DNA of 64,000 nt from Octopus bimaculoides (lineage: Eukaryota): positions 42,924,708 through 42,988,707 of the forward strand of contig NC_068991.1 in NCBI RefSeq assembly GCF_001194135.2, read 5' to 3'. Made by a program: the position numbers and the translations under genes. A model generated the notes under the pieces. It worked only from the letters and a program-made list of their open reading frames with translations. It made no database searches and was not told the origin of the DNA. Positions 24,394 to 38,220 of the stretch are shown here, in pieces. Each line of letters opens with the position of its first letter. Within the stretch, counting starts at the first letter, position 1.

Positions 24394-24699
24394 GTGAACA
24401 TGTGAAAGAAGGTAGTACTCAACACATTTGGTAGGGGTTACAGATATTTTCAATATCTTCATGACTTAGTTTTGTAAGCACATAGGTCACAACACATCTA
24501 TTTCATCAGAGGCTTGAGCACATCCTACTCAACCATGAAGGATTGTTAAGTGGAGTTTAGTTAAACTGTTATTAAGACATATATATATTGTATTTGGTTT
24601 AATCATTGTGTAAAATTTGATTAGTATTTCCACAGCACATACACATCAGTTTTTATTAAGTAAAATTATATGCATATCCATCCACATATATATGGTGTA

Positions 24700-25030
24700 A
24701 CTATGGCTGCAACATGGTTTATGGTCTCATCCCATTCTGTGTTATCTTAGGCATGTGTCTCCTACTGCAGCCTTGGGATGACTGCTTTGTTAGTAAAATT
24801 GGTATGTGAAAACTGTATGAAAACCCATTGCATGTGTAAATGCATGTGCATATTTTTGTGTCTTCAACACCATTTTAATGATGAGGAAGATATGTTTATA
24901 TCTCCCTGAAACTGCATATCCTGTGGTCCAGCAGTTTTGTTAGTGTCAGTGTGTTAAGATCAGTAAAATAGAAAATCCTTACTTGGTGACAAGAAGGGCA
25001 TCTGATTGTAGATTTGTCAACCTCAATAAG
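24700..25030 (+). repeat. Decayed tRNA-derived SINE
   Basis: ggtgtaactatggctgc..ggcatgtgtctcctactgcagcc..gaaaactg..cttacttggtgacaagaagggcatc, same family as 18864-19285. Confidence 0.5.
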
Positions 25031-28000
25031 GCTTGTTTGTAAAGTTTATCAATGTTACGTACAACTATTAATGTAACATACGATTATATTAACACTAAAC
25101 ATTTTTCAATCTTGTTAGACCTTTTCAGCAAAGCACTTTAGGCTGTGATAAAAGGATCACTAAATAGATGTACAATAGTGTACATAAGTAGGCATGAAAA
25201 ATTAACATATTAAGAAAACTAAATATATCACTGATGTTAATTACTCAGACTCCAGTGAAGTCTATACTTGGCTGAGGTCTAATAATACCAAATCAGCTCT
25301 AATATATTTGCCAAAATGATTAAAATAACATTGATTATTGATCTAATGTTGCATTTTCCTCACCACATAAGTATTTCTAATTAGATTTTTTATGCTGACT
25401 GCATTAAATATGTTAATACTAACTTGATATATAGTAGACACTTTGTTGTTATTCTATCCAAGAATTGTATAAACATTGGAACTCCTCTTCAGTTATGTTA
25501 TTTGCATGTAACAATTAAATGTTAAATGAAATTAATCTCTTGTTATCCCATCTGATGACTATTATATGAATTGTTAGTTTAATTTGTAATGACCATACTG
25601 AAACCTTCCACTTACCTCTTTTTGAGTGTGTGTATGTGTAAGAAATAGAGAGATGCTCCATTTGATGTTCTAAGGATGTTGTCATTTTTTCTTTTGTCTT
25701 AAATTAAGAGCTTGTAGTTAATAGAAGCTACCTATTTTATTAAATAGCCCATACAATTCTATTTTACTTAACCTATGACAATCTTTGACTCATATATTTT
25801 CACCATTATTATAGAAATATTTAATGAAGGATTCTATATTAATCTAATTGTATTTCTAACAGGTGTGAATTGTGCAGAGGTGGTGGGGTGTCCACCAAAA
25901 TATTTCAAATGATTTTAATAAAATATTGTAACTCTTTTCTTAGTATAATGAGCTAATTTTTCATTTCATTATCGATAATGGACATTTGAATATATAATAA
26001 GCAACCAGACAGCAATTAATTTGTCTTTAACAACCCTGAGGTATAATTTGCAAACTTTTGTCTGTCTATTGTTGTTTCACTACATTTTGGTCAATATTCC
26101 AATAGACTTGTCTATTTTTGGTGGTCACTTGCAAAGCATTTTACAAGAAGCATGTCAAATTATTTTTCTTTAGCATGATCAGTTAATGACAAAAGAAACA
26201 ACTAAATATTTGGCTTACTGCTTATATGCTTTGCTTGTTCCATAGTTTCATGTTATTATTTATAACTACCATAGTGCTGATTTTATCTTGGCTGTTCATG
26301 TTGTTGGAAAGGCCACATGAGCTCTTACTGAGAACTACAATACTGAAGTGGTAAATTGATTGCTTTGACACACACTGACATAGAAAATGTCTGCTTTCTC
26401 ATTACATATTTCACTTGAGGAATTACAGGTTCAATTGGTTCTACAAGTTTCATACAAAGAACTCTAAGCTACATGTGAAGCAGTCCGTCATCCATGCTCT
26501 CAACCTTAAATCTTGTAACTACCTGAGTAAAATTGTTGTAGGGTCAGTATGTTCAGATGAAACAAACTGGAGCAATTTCTTGTAGAGGTTGCTTTGCAGA
26601 AATAGAAAATTTAGGTACCTAAATGCAGAGAATTCAACTTCCAACTAGAGACTTCATGAAATTTCCCCTCTCTGGCCATATATACTCTAAAAGCAAAACT
26701 CTTCATGTTCAATATCTCCTGACTGTAAATATCCACCAATTTAAGATTTGCTTCTTAACATCAAACTAGTTAGTACATATTGCAAGTCAACAAATTCTAG
26801 AACAATCATTGACCAAACTGTTCAGCAAGACTGATTTCATGTTGCCAACTGCTACATTGTTTCATGTCAAAGTGACATCTGGTATAGCTGTCAAACAAGA
26901 CTTGTACATTCTTTCCATTATTTAATTGGTTATTGTTATGCCATAGGTCTGTACAAGTAAAACTGATGGGGAATACTCAATGCCTGTTCTTACATTTAAA
27001 TAAAATCTTCTCAAAGACAAGACTGCATAGAGATTTGTTTTCCATTTTAAAACCAAACTTAATATGCCCTATGTAGTAATGCTTATATATGTGAAAAGGT
27101 GCACACTTAAGATGTTAAGTATAGTGAAGGAAGGCTGGCTGTCCTAGAGGATAACACTCTACAACCTTTGATCTGTCATAAAGCTAATCATCTCACAATG
27201 GTCTCTTCTACATGTTTTCCTTGTATACAGTTTCCAAGGTACTGCCTTCTCCTACCGCTCCTTACTGTTCAGCAACACCAGACTCATTAACTGTACTAAC
27301 TTCTCCAGGTTACTACCAATCCCCAAGTCATCAAAGGCCAAATAAGGCTGTATGTACTGCTTTCCCCTTTTCCTTCTCAGCATAATGAAAACAAAATCTA
27401 TTTTATGATGAGATCATAGCTCAGTCTGAACAATTATAAAAGAATGAATAAATACACGATTCTCCACCCAGTGGATGTATATATTTCACTGCAACAAGTG
27501 AAGAAAAGAAAGAAGCCTATTAGATTGATTTAAGGTCTATTGAGTCCAAAGTATTTAAAGGCAAAGTTGACTTTACCTGACAGGATTTGAATTCAGGATA
27601 GTGAAACACACCAAACTTTATATACTTCAAAATCTAACCAAGCCAGATTTTGTGGCAATATTTTTGAAAAGGACTTCTACTGATACTACATCTATTGATG
27701 CAACAAGATTCTAAAATTTATTAGAATAATTCATTAGCATAACTCCGTGTTTTTGGAATATTAATAACTGAAAATTTCTGAAACAACCAAGATGGTATTT
27801 TGGTATAGATTCCATCATTGAGGGAAATAGTTAAAAACACTTGTGTATTATCATAGCTATTTCCCACCCACTGATTTATAAAATTATTTCTTCATTCTCA
27901 CAGTTATTTACAAATATCCTCCTCCCCTCCCTCCTTCCTTTTCATCTAAATGGGAGAAAGTTTTTTTTAGTTTTTTTTTTTTTTTTTCATACTGTGTGTA

Positions 28001-28227
28001 TTTCATAGCTAACTTTATTGTTATTACAAGGGTTGATTGCCCACATCCTTATTCTGACCTTATGGTTACTTATGCGACCTTGTTTCATTAAAAATTGTGT
28101 AACCCTGTTATCTTTGGCATATGTATGGTGAGAAAAGAGATGTATATATGTGTGTGTGTTATACGCACACATTTGTATGTTTGCATAATGATTTTTAATC
28201 CACGTTTTTGACAGCAAATTTTTTACT

Positions 28228-28294
<67 letters not shown>

Positions 28295-28981
28295 CATCAT
28301 TTAATGTCTGTTCTCCATGCTGGCATGGATTGGATAGATTGGCAGAATCTGACAAGCCAGAGGACTGCATCATGCTTCAATGTCAGTTTGGTGCAGTTAA
28401 AGCCAACCAATTTATAGTGTGTACTGGGTTACTGGGTGCTTTTTTCATGGCATCACCACTACTGAGTCCATCTTGCATTTAAAAAAATGTTAAATGGCTT
28501 CTGAATACCAACATATGTAAGCATGCATATACAACATAGTGAATGCATACAAGTGTATTTTTATGTAGAATATATATTTATTAATACAATCTTATGTTTT
28601 CACAAAATAAAATGTTTCTGAAAGTTCACACAATCGCCATAGGTGAATGTACACCACATGCACACACTTCTCATGCTCTAGTGATCAGTATGAGATGGAA
28701 CAAAAATGTATAACATGGAGAATTATTTTGCCTTTATGGCTCAATGTTCAATATATTTTGGTATTTCATCTACATATGAGGTCAAAAGGTACAGGAAGAT
28801 AGTGACTGTGTAATATCAAAATATTAGCCATTTACTGAATTATTGATTAAATTTCAAACATCAAGTATGCATTTTTGTAATGAATAGGAAATCATTTGCT
28901 TTTCAGTAATTAATATTTGTAGTTTATGAGTAAGTATTGCCTACCTTGTCTACCCAGTGAGCATGTGTTTGGTATACATGA

Positions 28982-29224
<243 letters not shown>

Positions 29225-30004
29225 TAGTGGTGGTTCGTCTGCCTACTCAAAATAACTGGCATGGAAAGTATGATAACTTTGAGGTTAAAGCTTAACTGTG
29301 TTATCCTTCTAGACAAGGCATATAACGTTCAATTCAGTTTCCCTAGTTGACAACAAGTATCAATTCAAGAATGAATGGTTATTTGTATAAAGCAGTTTGT
29401 CCAATAAAATGGAAATTTGCAAAAAATCACACTATTTATGCTAGCATTGCAAAACTGATGTTAAGCAGCAAAAAAATATATTTGTTAATAGTTATGGATA
29501 TAGTGCAAAGGATGATATGCATAACCTTAATTTGCTTAATAGTATATTGTAAGTTCTGTATTGGCTTTTTCTTTTCCCTTGCAAACAAATTGTGCTTATC
29601 AGTTTTGCCTTTTGTTTCTAAGATGTACTAAATTATTTGTAATAATTTGTTATTTAATTAAAACACTCCCCAGTAAAATTGACTTTGTGCCTACACAAAT
29701 TAACATAATTATTATAGCAGTGAAATTGATAAAAATGGTGTAAATATGGTTTATGGTGTCTAGTTGGCACTTTGTTTTTTTAAGACATTCCATCACTACT
29801 GGTTATACATCCATTTTCAGTAACCACATAGTTGATATATGCTTTTCAACCTTGTATTGCTCCACAGGTATTACCATATCAAGAATTTTAGGCACTTTCT
29901 TCCTACTCTTTATCATATAGTGATAGTAGATGTTGAATCTTAGAGAATTTTCAAGATTTTATACTTAATTAGACTAGAAGACCAGTGTTCATCATCATCA
30001 TCAT

Positions 30005-30758
30005 AACTTCTCCTGAGTTATCTGTTACATCTCAGCTCCATTCTGCAGCTTAGAGATGCAACACTTTCTTCAATACATATGCTGTTCTACTTATTGCTGC
30101 CAACTGAGTACTTCCTATGAAGTTTAGTATTTGCAGCTTTTCATGCCAGAATATTGCTTTCTTTGACATGATCCCAAGTGCACTGATCACAATAGGTACC
30201 ACACTCACTTTTGAGTTTTCATGGATGCATTTCATTTCCAATGCTAGGCCTTGGTACTTCCTGACTTTCTCACTCTCTGTCTTCCTCAATATTCTGGTCT
30301 GCAGGTATAGCAATGTTGATGAAAGGTCATTCTTTGGACTCCCTCCATAAGGGAGTGCTATCTGGTCAGTTATATTGCAGCTTCTTATCTGTGTATATTA
30401 ACATATCCCATGTGAGTTTCACATGATCATTCTCTTCTACTGCCAAGGGTTGGCACTCATACCACTTGTTGGAACATTGTAGCCCATACTTCATGCACAA
30501 CTCCCAGTGTCTTTGCACTGTCACTTTGTCATGGCAATTTTTGTACTCCTTTTGGGCTAGCTTTGAGCATCTACTAATATGTCTAACTGGCTCAGATAGT
30601 TTTTCACATAATCTACAGAAAGGTGATACTACTATTTTATTAATTCTACACTTGATTGAGTCGGTTCATAAAGCTTGTTCTTCAGCAGCCAGAATCAATT
30701 TTTTTGTCTTCTTTAAAAAAACATATCTTAACCATCTCCAGGATTTTTTATCAACTCC
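30005..30758 (-). mobile_element. R4/Dong-like non-LTR retrotransposon (REL endonuclease), 5'-truncated remnant
   Basis: Minus strand: SWRWLRYVFLKKTKKLILAAEEQAL, then ESEKVRKYQGLALEMKCIHENSKVSVVPIVISALG...TQLAAISRTAYVLKKVL*. This matches the C-terminal EKxxKYxxL...VVPxVIGALG...LGTAxILRKVL pattern of R4-clade REL domains. Confidence 0.75.
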
Positions 30759-31379
30759 ATTATTGTTATTATTATTGTTGGCCAAATGGGGAAAATAATA
30801 GTCTTCTGAATTGAATTCACACTCCATTGGAGATATTTCTTTTGTATACTTGATCAAAATTCTTTGTATTTTGATAAAGATTCATGACTGGTGGATTTTT
30901 AAAAAAATATTTTGTTGATTAATTTGCTCCTTTACCACAACCACCACCTCTCTCTTTTCCTCATAGATGGATACAAATCAGTTTAGTATGAGAAAAAGAG
31001 AAATTCCACAATAGTAGCTTATTTCTTGCATTGATATGTTATAAATCAATAAAGGATGGGTAAAGTCAGTTCAATCAAACCAGTATATTACTGGTAGTTA
31101 TTTTATCAACTTCTAAGTAATTAAAAGGCAAAAAAGCAACCCCAGTAAAATTTGCACTCTAAGTGTAGAGTGATAATTCTGAATACTGATAGACTTTTAG
31201 TCCAAATTTCTACCATTTCTGTCAATCTACTATTCTCTAATAGTTAGCATGAAAGTTATTTTAGCTTTGTTCAACCAGATTTGTGATCAGAAAGCATTCT
31301 AGCCAATCCTTTTCTAGGTATAGTACATTCATGACAACATATATGGAATTTTCTTTTCTAAGTGTTATAATGTGAATCC

Positions 31380-34300
31380 TTTTTGGTGTCTATTTGTAGG
31401 AACTCTGTGTTCTTCCTTTTTCTTTCACTTGTACACATAAGTTCAACCACCTGTAACGGTGTTGGTACTGGGAATGTATCATACAGCCATTCCTTAGGTT
31501 CTTCTAACCTGTCTGGTCCATTTTTTATGAATCTCTTCTTCGATTGGTTTCTGTGTCTTTTTTCAATACCTTTTCTGCTTTTAATTCCACACATCATTTT
31601 TCCTATGTACTTTATAATTTTTCCTTCTTCTCAGTACTGTTTTCATTTTTATATGACCTCATGTACACCTTATCGCCAATTTTGAAAAAAATTGGGATTG
31701 TCTTTCCTGGTTCGTTTTCCTTCCTCACCATGTAACAGTTAATCAAAAACCAATTTCACCTTCCTTGCAAGCATCAGCTCTGCTGGTGAGCTTCCTACTG
31801 GTGTATTGGGGTTCGGTGTTACCCTGTATATGCTTAGGAATTGTGGCAGAACGACTTGGTCTGTGACTTCCTTGTTTGTTTTTCTCAAAGCTCTTTTAAA
31901 AATGTCCACAAGACCGTTTCAGAGGTTGGTCTTTTGTACTTAACGATTTCCAGCCATTTTGTAAAACTGTCAACTACCACTAAGTAATAATGACCATTTA
32001 ACGGACCCACAAAATCGATATGTAGTCTTGACCATGGACTTTTTACTTCTGGCCAAGGCTCCCATTTTTGAGTAGGCAACTTTGCTGCCAGAGCACATCC
32101 TCTGCAGCCTTTTATTACATTTTCAACTTCCTTGCCCATCTTCGGCCAATACACATAACTGCGCATAAGCGCTTTCATCCTTGCAATCCCTGGATGTCCA
32201 ATATGGAATTCTTTCAACATACATTTTTGTAAAGTCTCAGGTATCACTACCTTTTGGCCATACATCGGTATGCCTTCACAAGTTAAATATATGTTTACCT
32301 GTTGTTGTTTTTTCTTACTGAACCTATTTTTGTTTCCTTCAGCTGACCATAGTTTTTTTTTTTTTTGTTTCATTAATGAACTTATCTTTTGACATGTCAC
32401 TTTATCTCCTCTAGTATTATTGGTAACTCTTGTTCAATGTTCCACATTATGTGTTTAATTTCCCTTTTGGCTCTTAAGGCTGCTATTACTGTGTCCTCAA
32501 ATGGTCCACCATTTCTGGGTATAAATCTGGATAGGCTGTCAGCATTCCTAACTTTTATGAAGGTAAATATTCCATTGCATAGTCATAGTTTAGTAGTATG
32601 GTGTCCCATTGCTGCAACCTATTTGCTATATATACTGGGATTCCTTTCTTGGATCCATAAATTGTTAGCAACAGGCAATACTGTCTACCATGTATAAACC
32701 TGTGGAACTTTTTATGCCAAATATAATCCCTAATGCCTCCTTTTCAGTTTGGCTATTACGCTGGCAATAGCATCCTTGACATGTGAGCTCTGGCCTTTTG
32801 GCTGCCATCTTCACTAGCATCTGTTGCCAGTGTCATTTCCAACTTCAGATCGAAGTGTGTAAGCAACAAGTCTGAAGTTAACATGCTTTTTAGTTCCTCA
32901 AATGTCTTCTGGCATTTTTCTGACCAAAACCATTTGGCATCCTTTTTTAACAGCTCGTTTAGTGGAGACCTTGTGTTGTGTATGTTCAGGATATATACTT
33001 GATTGTAGTTTACCGAGACTAAAAGTGCTTGTAACAATTTGACATTCATTGGGGCAGGCATATTCTGTATTGCTGTAACCCTTGATGGGTCTGGTCTTCA
33101 TCCCCTTTCATCAATTACTTGACCTAAATATTTGATTTTTTTTTTTTTTTTTTTTTCATCAAAAATTCATTTTTCCTCTGTTAGTCTAAACCCGTATTCA
33201 TTTATTTTTCTGAATACTTTTTAAATATGTTCGAAGTCTTGCTCCACTGACTCGCTCTTTATTAAAATATCATTGAGATAAGTGATAGCAAAGTCACAAT
33301 CATTTAACATTGTGTCCATCACTTATTGGAATATGGTAGGTGCCACTTTTACTCCAAAAGGAAGCCACTTGAATTTATACAATCCATGGTGTGCGTTGTT
33401 TGTTAAAAGGTGTGCGTAATCTTCCTCTGCCTGTATCTGCAGGTAGGCCTCCGAGAGGTCTAGCTTCTAGAAAATTTTTCCTTCATTTAGTTTTGAGAAC
33501 ACCTCTTCTGGGCTTGGTAATGGATAATTGTGTTTACCTAAACAGTCATTTAATTCAGTTGAAAAGTCCGCACACACTCTTTATTATTTTTATTCTTTAC
33601 ATAAACCATCAGAGCTGCCCAGTCTGAATGATTGACTTTTTCAATTATAGTTAGATTTTCTAGTCTTTCTAGCTCTTTATTAACCTGGTCCAACACTGCA
33701 AATAGTACATTCCATTTGGGCATAAAGACAGGTGTTGCCTTTTCTTTTACTGTGATCTTCGCTTTTGTTTTAGTGCAACAGCCTAATCCCTCCAAAAACA
33801 TTTGGAAACAATTTTTTGATATTTTGTCTCAGTTGTTCTACTTCTTTTGAACTTTAGACTGTGCTAACTACATTTTCACAAAGAAGACTAATGGGGGTAT
33901 CCCACATTTTAAATAACTCCATGCATTCTGTGCCAAATAGGTTTAGTGATTTTTTTTCAACACATAAATGATTGTCCTTCTCATTTCACCTAGAAAAGTT
34001 AAATTGCAAATACATTTGCCAATGAAATATAATTTCTTTCTTGTAACACCATATGCTACTTTATTTGATTTAAGTAATTTCAGTTTACTGATTTGTTGCT
34101 ATGTTTCTTCATTTATGATAGTGATGTCACTACCCATGTTTTATTGCATTTTGACACTTGCTGTTTCGATTCTTACCTTAATGGATTTTCTGTTTGTTGT
34201 ACAAACTTTTTCCTCTACTGATAAACTATTTATTTTTTCTCTTTTTTTTCGAATTTTTCATCATCTTTGTTCTGCAGTACGATTTAATGTGTCCTGTGTT

Positions 34301-35320
34301 CCCTCAATGAAAACACTTTGCTTTTTTGAATGGACACTCTTTTCTCAGGTGCCTTCCACCGCATGCCATACATGGGTTTATCTTCGCTTGTATATCGTAT
34401 TTTTTGTGAAACACTTTATCCATCTTCTGACTCTTCCACACTGGTTTTATCTGCGTTGGATTTCTTCTGTATCATGCCTCACTTTTAATATATCACACTC
34501 TTCTGACAGTTTCTAAGAGAGTTATATTTTGGCTGATTTCCAGCTTTGTGAGAATTTTCATTCTGACTTCTACGTCCTTTTTAGCAGTAAGTCTCTGAGC
34601 AAAAATCAGGCACTTGAACAATTCTGGAGTTAGTTTATCCAGTTTAAATCTCTTGCACTCTCTCTTCACTCTACCTGCATATGTGGTAAAGTCTTTGTCG
34701 TCACTTTTCTCCATGTTCAAACACTTCCAACGTGTTGAATACCGATATTGTTTTCACTGAACATCTTTACATAAAATGTCAATTGTGTCCGTAAAATTTA
34801 TGTGAGAATCTTTTTTAGACAATATAAAGTTACAGTATTTTAATGCTCTGTCGTCGCCATTTTCCTCAGAATTAGACGCGTTTTCATTTTGGCTGTCCAG
34901 TTTTGGCATTCGTTTTTGAAAATTTGTTCAAATCTTCAGTAGTATGCCTCAACAGTGACTTCTTTCAGGTCATGCTTAAATTCATTTATTGAATTTGCTA
35001 CATGGTCTGGCAAAAACGTATTTTCCGGTTTTGTAACCAACTTCATTTGTTGTAACATTTGTTGTTGTTGCTGTTTTTGCGACCCAACTAGATCCTCTAA
35101 CAAGTTTTCCATAATCTTACAGATATTTTTGTAAAATATGTACAGCAAAAATGTGGAGTTTTTAATTTCTCCATGTGAAAAATTTTTCAATGTCATCTGC
35201 ATGAATTGTTTATTTTCTTGTAAAAATTTTTTTTTTTTTCAACGTTATCCTTGTGAATTGTTTATATCATAGTCCACTTGTACGTTATCATTGGCACTAA
35301 TATTCTTGTCGCTACAATTA
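31380..35320 (-). mobile_element. Gypsy/Ty3 LTR retrotransposon internal region (gag-PR-RT-RH-INT), defective
   Basis: Domains in order on the minus strand: gag (RVKRECKRFKL; knuckle CFH*GNTGHIKSYC), protease (MGSDITIINEET), RT (PFGVKVAPTIFQ; YLND in place of YLDD), RNase H (LTHFDLKLEMTLATDAS), integrase (FHIGHPGIARMKALMRSYVYWP...CRGC...WSRLHIDFVGPL...VVVDSFTKW). Many stops and frameshifts. Confidence 0.92.
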
Positions 35321-35424
35321 TGTTGTGGCGGTATTCCATGTCTTATTACCTTTGACTTATCTACCATGCTATCACTGATAGCACCACAAGACAGTGACTT
35401 TGAAACGTCTACCTTGCCGGTAAC

Positions 35425-35765
35425 NNNNNNNNNNNNNNNNNNNNNNNNNNNNNNNNNNNNNNNNNNNNNNNNNNNNNNNNNNNNNNNNNNNNNNNNNNNN
35501 NNNNNNNNNNNNNNNNNNNNNNNNNNNNNNNNNNNNNNNNNNNNNNNNNNNNNNNNNNNNNNNNNNNNNNNNNNNNNNNNNNNNNNNNNNNNNNNNNNNN
35601 NNNNNNNNNNNNNNNNNNNNNNNNNNNNNNNNNNNNNNNNNNNNNNNNNNNNNNNNNNNNNNNNNNNNNNNNNNNNNNNNNNNNNNNNNNNNNNNNNNNN
35701 NNNNNNNNNNNNNNNNNNNNNNNNNNNNNNNNNNNNNNNNNNNNNNNNNNNNNNNNNNNNNNNNN
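35425..35765. other. Assembly gap (N run)
   Basis: Lies where the Gypsy 5' LTR would be expected. Confidence 1.
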
Positions 35766-37824
35766 CATGTAATGTTTATGTATGATGCTTATTGAGATGG
35801 AAGTAGAAAGAGAGTAAGAATTCAACTATAGTTAGTATGATTTTGATAATGTTATGCACCATGAGTTAACTCTAGTTAGAGACAGCAGGACATACACTAT
35901 TGTGCCTAATTGCATTCTCAGTTTGCTAAACGAAATATTAATCCAACAAGGGAGGATTCAAATAAGCTCAATAGTTTACACAGCACTTGACAAAATTGTA
36001 TTCTATATTTACAGTTAAATCATTTGCCCTGCAGTTAGTTGGTTTTGCAATTTTGTCATTTTTTCGGTCAATAAAGTGATGCTAGTTTCATGCTTGGGTG
36101 TGAAAAGTGAAGACAATTCATATTAAAAATAGGACATTTGCTTCAGAATTAAATATGTATTGGAAGTCAAAATAGAGTAAAATAAATGTTACCCATCTTG
36201 ATTTGTTCATAAAAGGTAATGAAAGGGTTACATTTAGTTAATCCTTAACCAAGAGTTATTTTTAAATAGATTGCTTTTCTGAGGTTTTTTTTTTTTTTCT
36301 CTAAAATCTATTGTAATAGAAAGGTTCTCTGTGAAATAATTTTTAAAACTACTTTGTACTTTAAAATGTTTTAAGAGGTGTGTTTGCAAATGGAAATGTT
36401 AGATCTGTTTACTAAGAAAATGGTTTTAAAGGACAACTAGAAAATCTTAGATACATTTTCTTTCAATTTTTAGAATTTTTTTTCTACAAAATTGTTGTGG
36501 TTCAGTTTGGAAATGATTTTAAAAACTGTATTTTATTCAAAAAGACTTTTCGCTCTTAGCAAATGTTGGCTAACCATAGTAAGCCTGCAACAATTCTTAC
36601 TTAGAATTATACATAGTAACACTTTTGTTATCATACTTCTGTTGAAATACACTGTTTTTGTTCCAATTAATTTTGAAAATATTGAAGAATTTAGTACTTT
36701 GTCATTATTAAGATGGTGATTGGAACTTTGATTAACACGAAATTTTGGTGGAAGGTTTTAATTTAGATCATTTTAAAATATGAAATGGTATTATAGAGCC
36801 AGCAGCAGTCTCAGGTGAATTGATATCAAAACAATTAAAATTCCAAGACTGCATATTTTGTTAAAAGGTTCATAAACGCCCCTGGTATACTTAGATTACT
36901 TGTGCATTTCATACACACTTGTGGACATGCAAGTGTGTATACCAACACACACACCACACATCAACACACACACTAAGCATTCTCTAGTATTATCAAACAA
37001 TTATTGTTACCAACATTATTGAGTTCAAAACATGCTCAGGATATTCTCCTGCTTTATGCTATTATAAATTAAACAAAATTGAACTAAGAGAAATAACTCA
37101 AAATGGCCAGTAGCATGTATATGAACGACAGAGACAACTACAGGCATATCAAATGCCATGCAACATAAATTCTTGGTTTATTAAAATAATCTTCATCTCT
37201 AGAAGATGTGTTACAATTATCAAAATAGTAAATGAGACCAGCTCCATATAAAAAAGGGAAATAATCTCAAGAATCACAAATTATTCAAAGCTGACCTGGT
37301 CTCAACACATTCAGACACCATCTCTTTCAAAAATGAATCCAGTGCCTCAGCAGAAAAAAATATACATCACTTTAGTATGTCTAATATACATTGCTCTAGT
37401 GTTGGTTAGAGTAAAATGCACTCAGTGTACTCTGTAAAATGGTTTATTTGGAAAATCATATAATTGTAAGAGTCCACAACAGAAATGAATGAATGGAGAC
37501 AACATAGAGCAGTGGAGGGTTTAATTGAACTTCATAAGTACTGGTAGCATGATAAAATATACTAACATGGGCTGGGTAAATATTGGGGAGGTGCTTCCAT
37601 TTGTGAAAACCATCCCAAAATAACAACACACAATAACAGTTGGTTTTTCTCTGTTGCTGTGTGTCAGTTGACAAAACTTATGGCAATGGCTAAAATACAT
37701 GAGGTTCATCCAACTCATACCAGCATAAGAAAATTGATGATGTAACTTGGTAGTACAGTTGTAGATAATGAAATTTGTAGTTTATGGTTTGGGTTTTTTT
37801 TGTTGTGTTTTCTTTTCTTTTCTT

Positions 37825-38220
37825 TTTCTTTTACTTGTTTGAGTCATTTGATTGCAGCTATGCTGGGGCACTACCTTAGTTTTAGTCGAACAACTCAACT
37901 CCAGGACTTATTTTTTAAGCCTAGTACTTATTCTATCAGTCTGTTTTGCCAAACCGTTAAGTCAAGGGGATGTTAACATACAAACACCAGTTGTCAAGCG
38001 GTGGTGGGTGACACACTCACACATATATGGATAATATATATACACATATATACATACATACACAATGGTCTTTCAGTTTCTGTCAACCAAATCCACTCAC
38101 AAGGCTTTAGTTGGTCCAAGAGTATAGTAGAAAGCACTTGCCAGAGGTGTCACACAGTGGGACTGAACTGGGTACCATGTGGCTGGGAAGCAAGCTTCTT
38201 ACCACACAGCCACGCCTACA
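37825..38220 (-). mobile_element. tRNA-derived SINE
   Basis: Minus strand TGTAGGCGTGGCTGTGTGGTAAGAAGCTTGC..CAGTTCAGTCCC..aaagccttgtgagtggatttggttgacagaaactgaaag; tail ..cagcatagctgcaatcaaatgactcaaacaagtaaaag. Confidence 0.8.

Noticed and set aside
24460-24515. Second hammerhead-like motif (minus CTGATGA...CAAAACTAAGTC)
   Set aside because: GAAA is AAAA, stem I does not pair beyond 1 bp and stem II is irregular; at best a heavily decayed remnant.
25845-25870. AG|GT recursive splice site or micro-exon (also 29866-29873)
   Set aside because: Donors GTGTGA and GTATTA are weak, and in-frame reading hits stops immediately or within 20 codons.
26300-27060. hAT transposase C-terminal remnant
   Set aside because: One weak motif (DDGLLHM*LRV) without supporting blocks.
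33968-34516. 182-aa hydrophobic ORF that looks like a membrane protein
   Set aside because: It is the antisense of the A-rich Gypsy gag/protease region, so the Phe/Leu richness is compositional.
34845-34862. TGGCGACGAC (minus) as the Gypsy primer-binding site
   Set aside because: It lies inside gag (LRKMATTEH, family LRKLGTAEH), about 350 bp downstream of the gag start.
31334-35326. TGTTG...CAACA ends at 31334-31339 and 35321-35326 as an LTR pair
   Set aside because: The sequence left of 31339 shows no similarity to 35321-35424, so paired LTRs are not supported.
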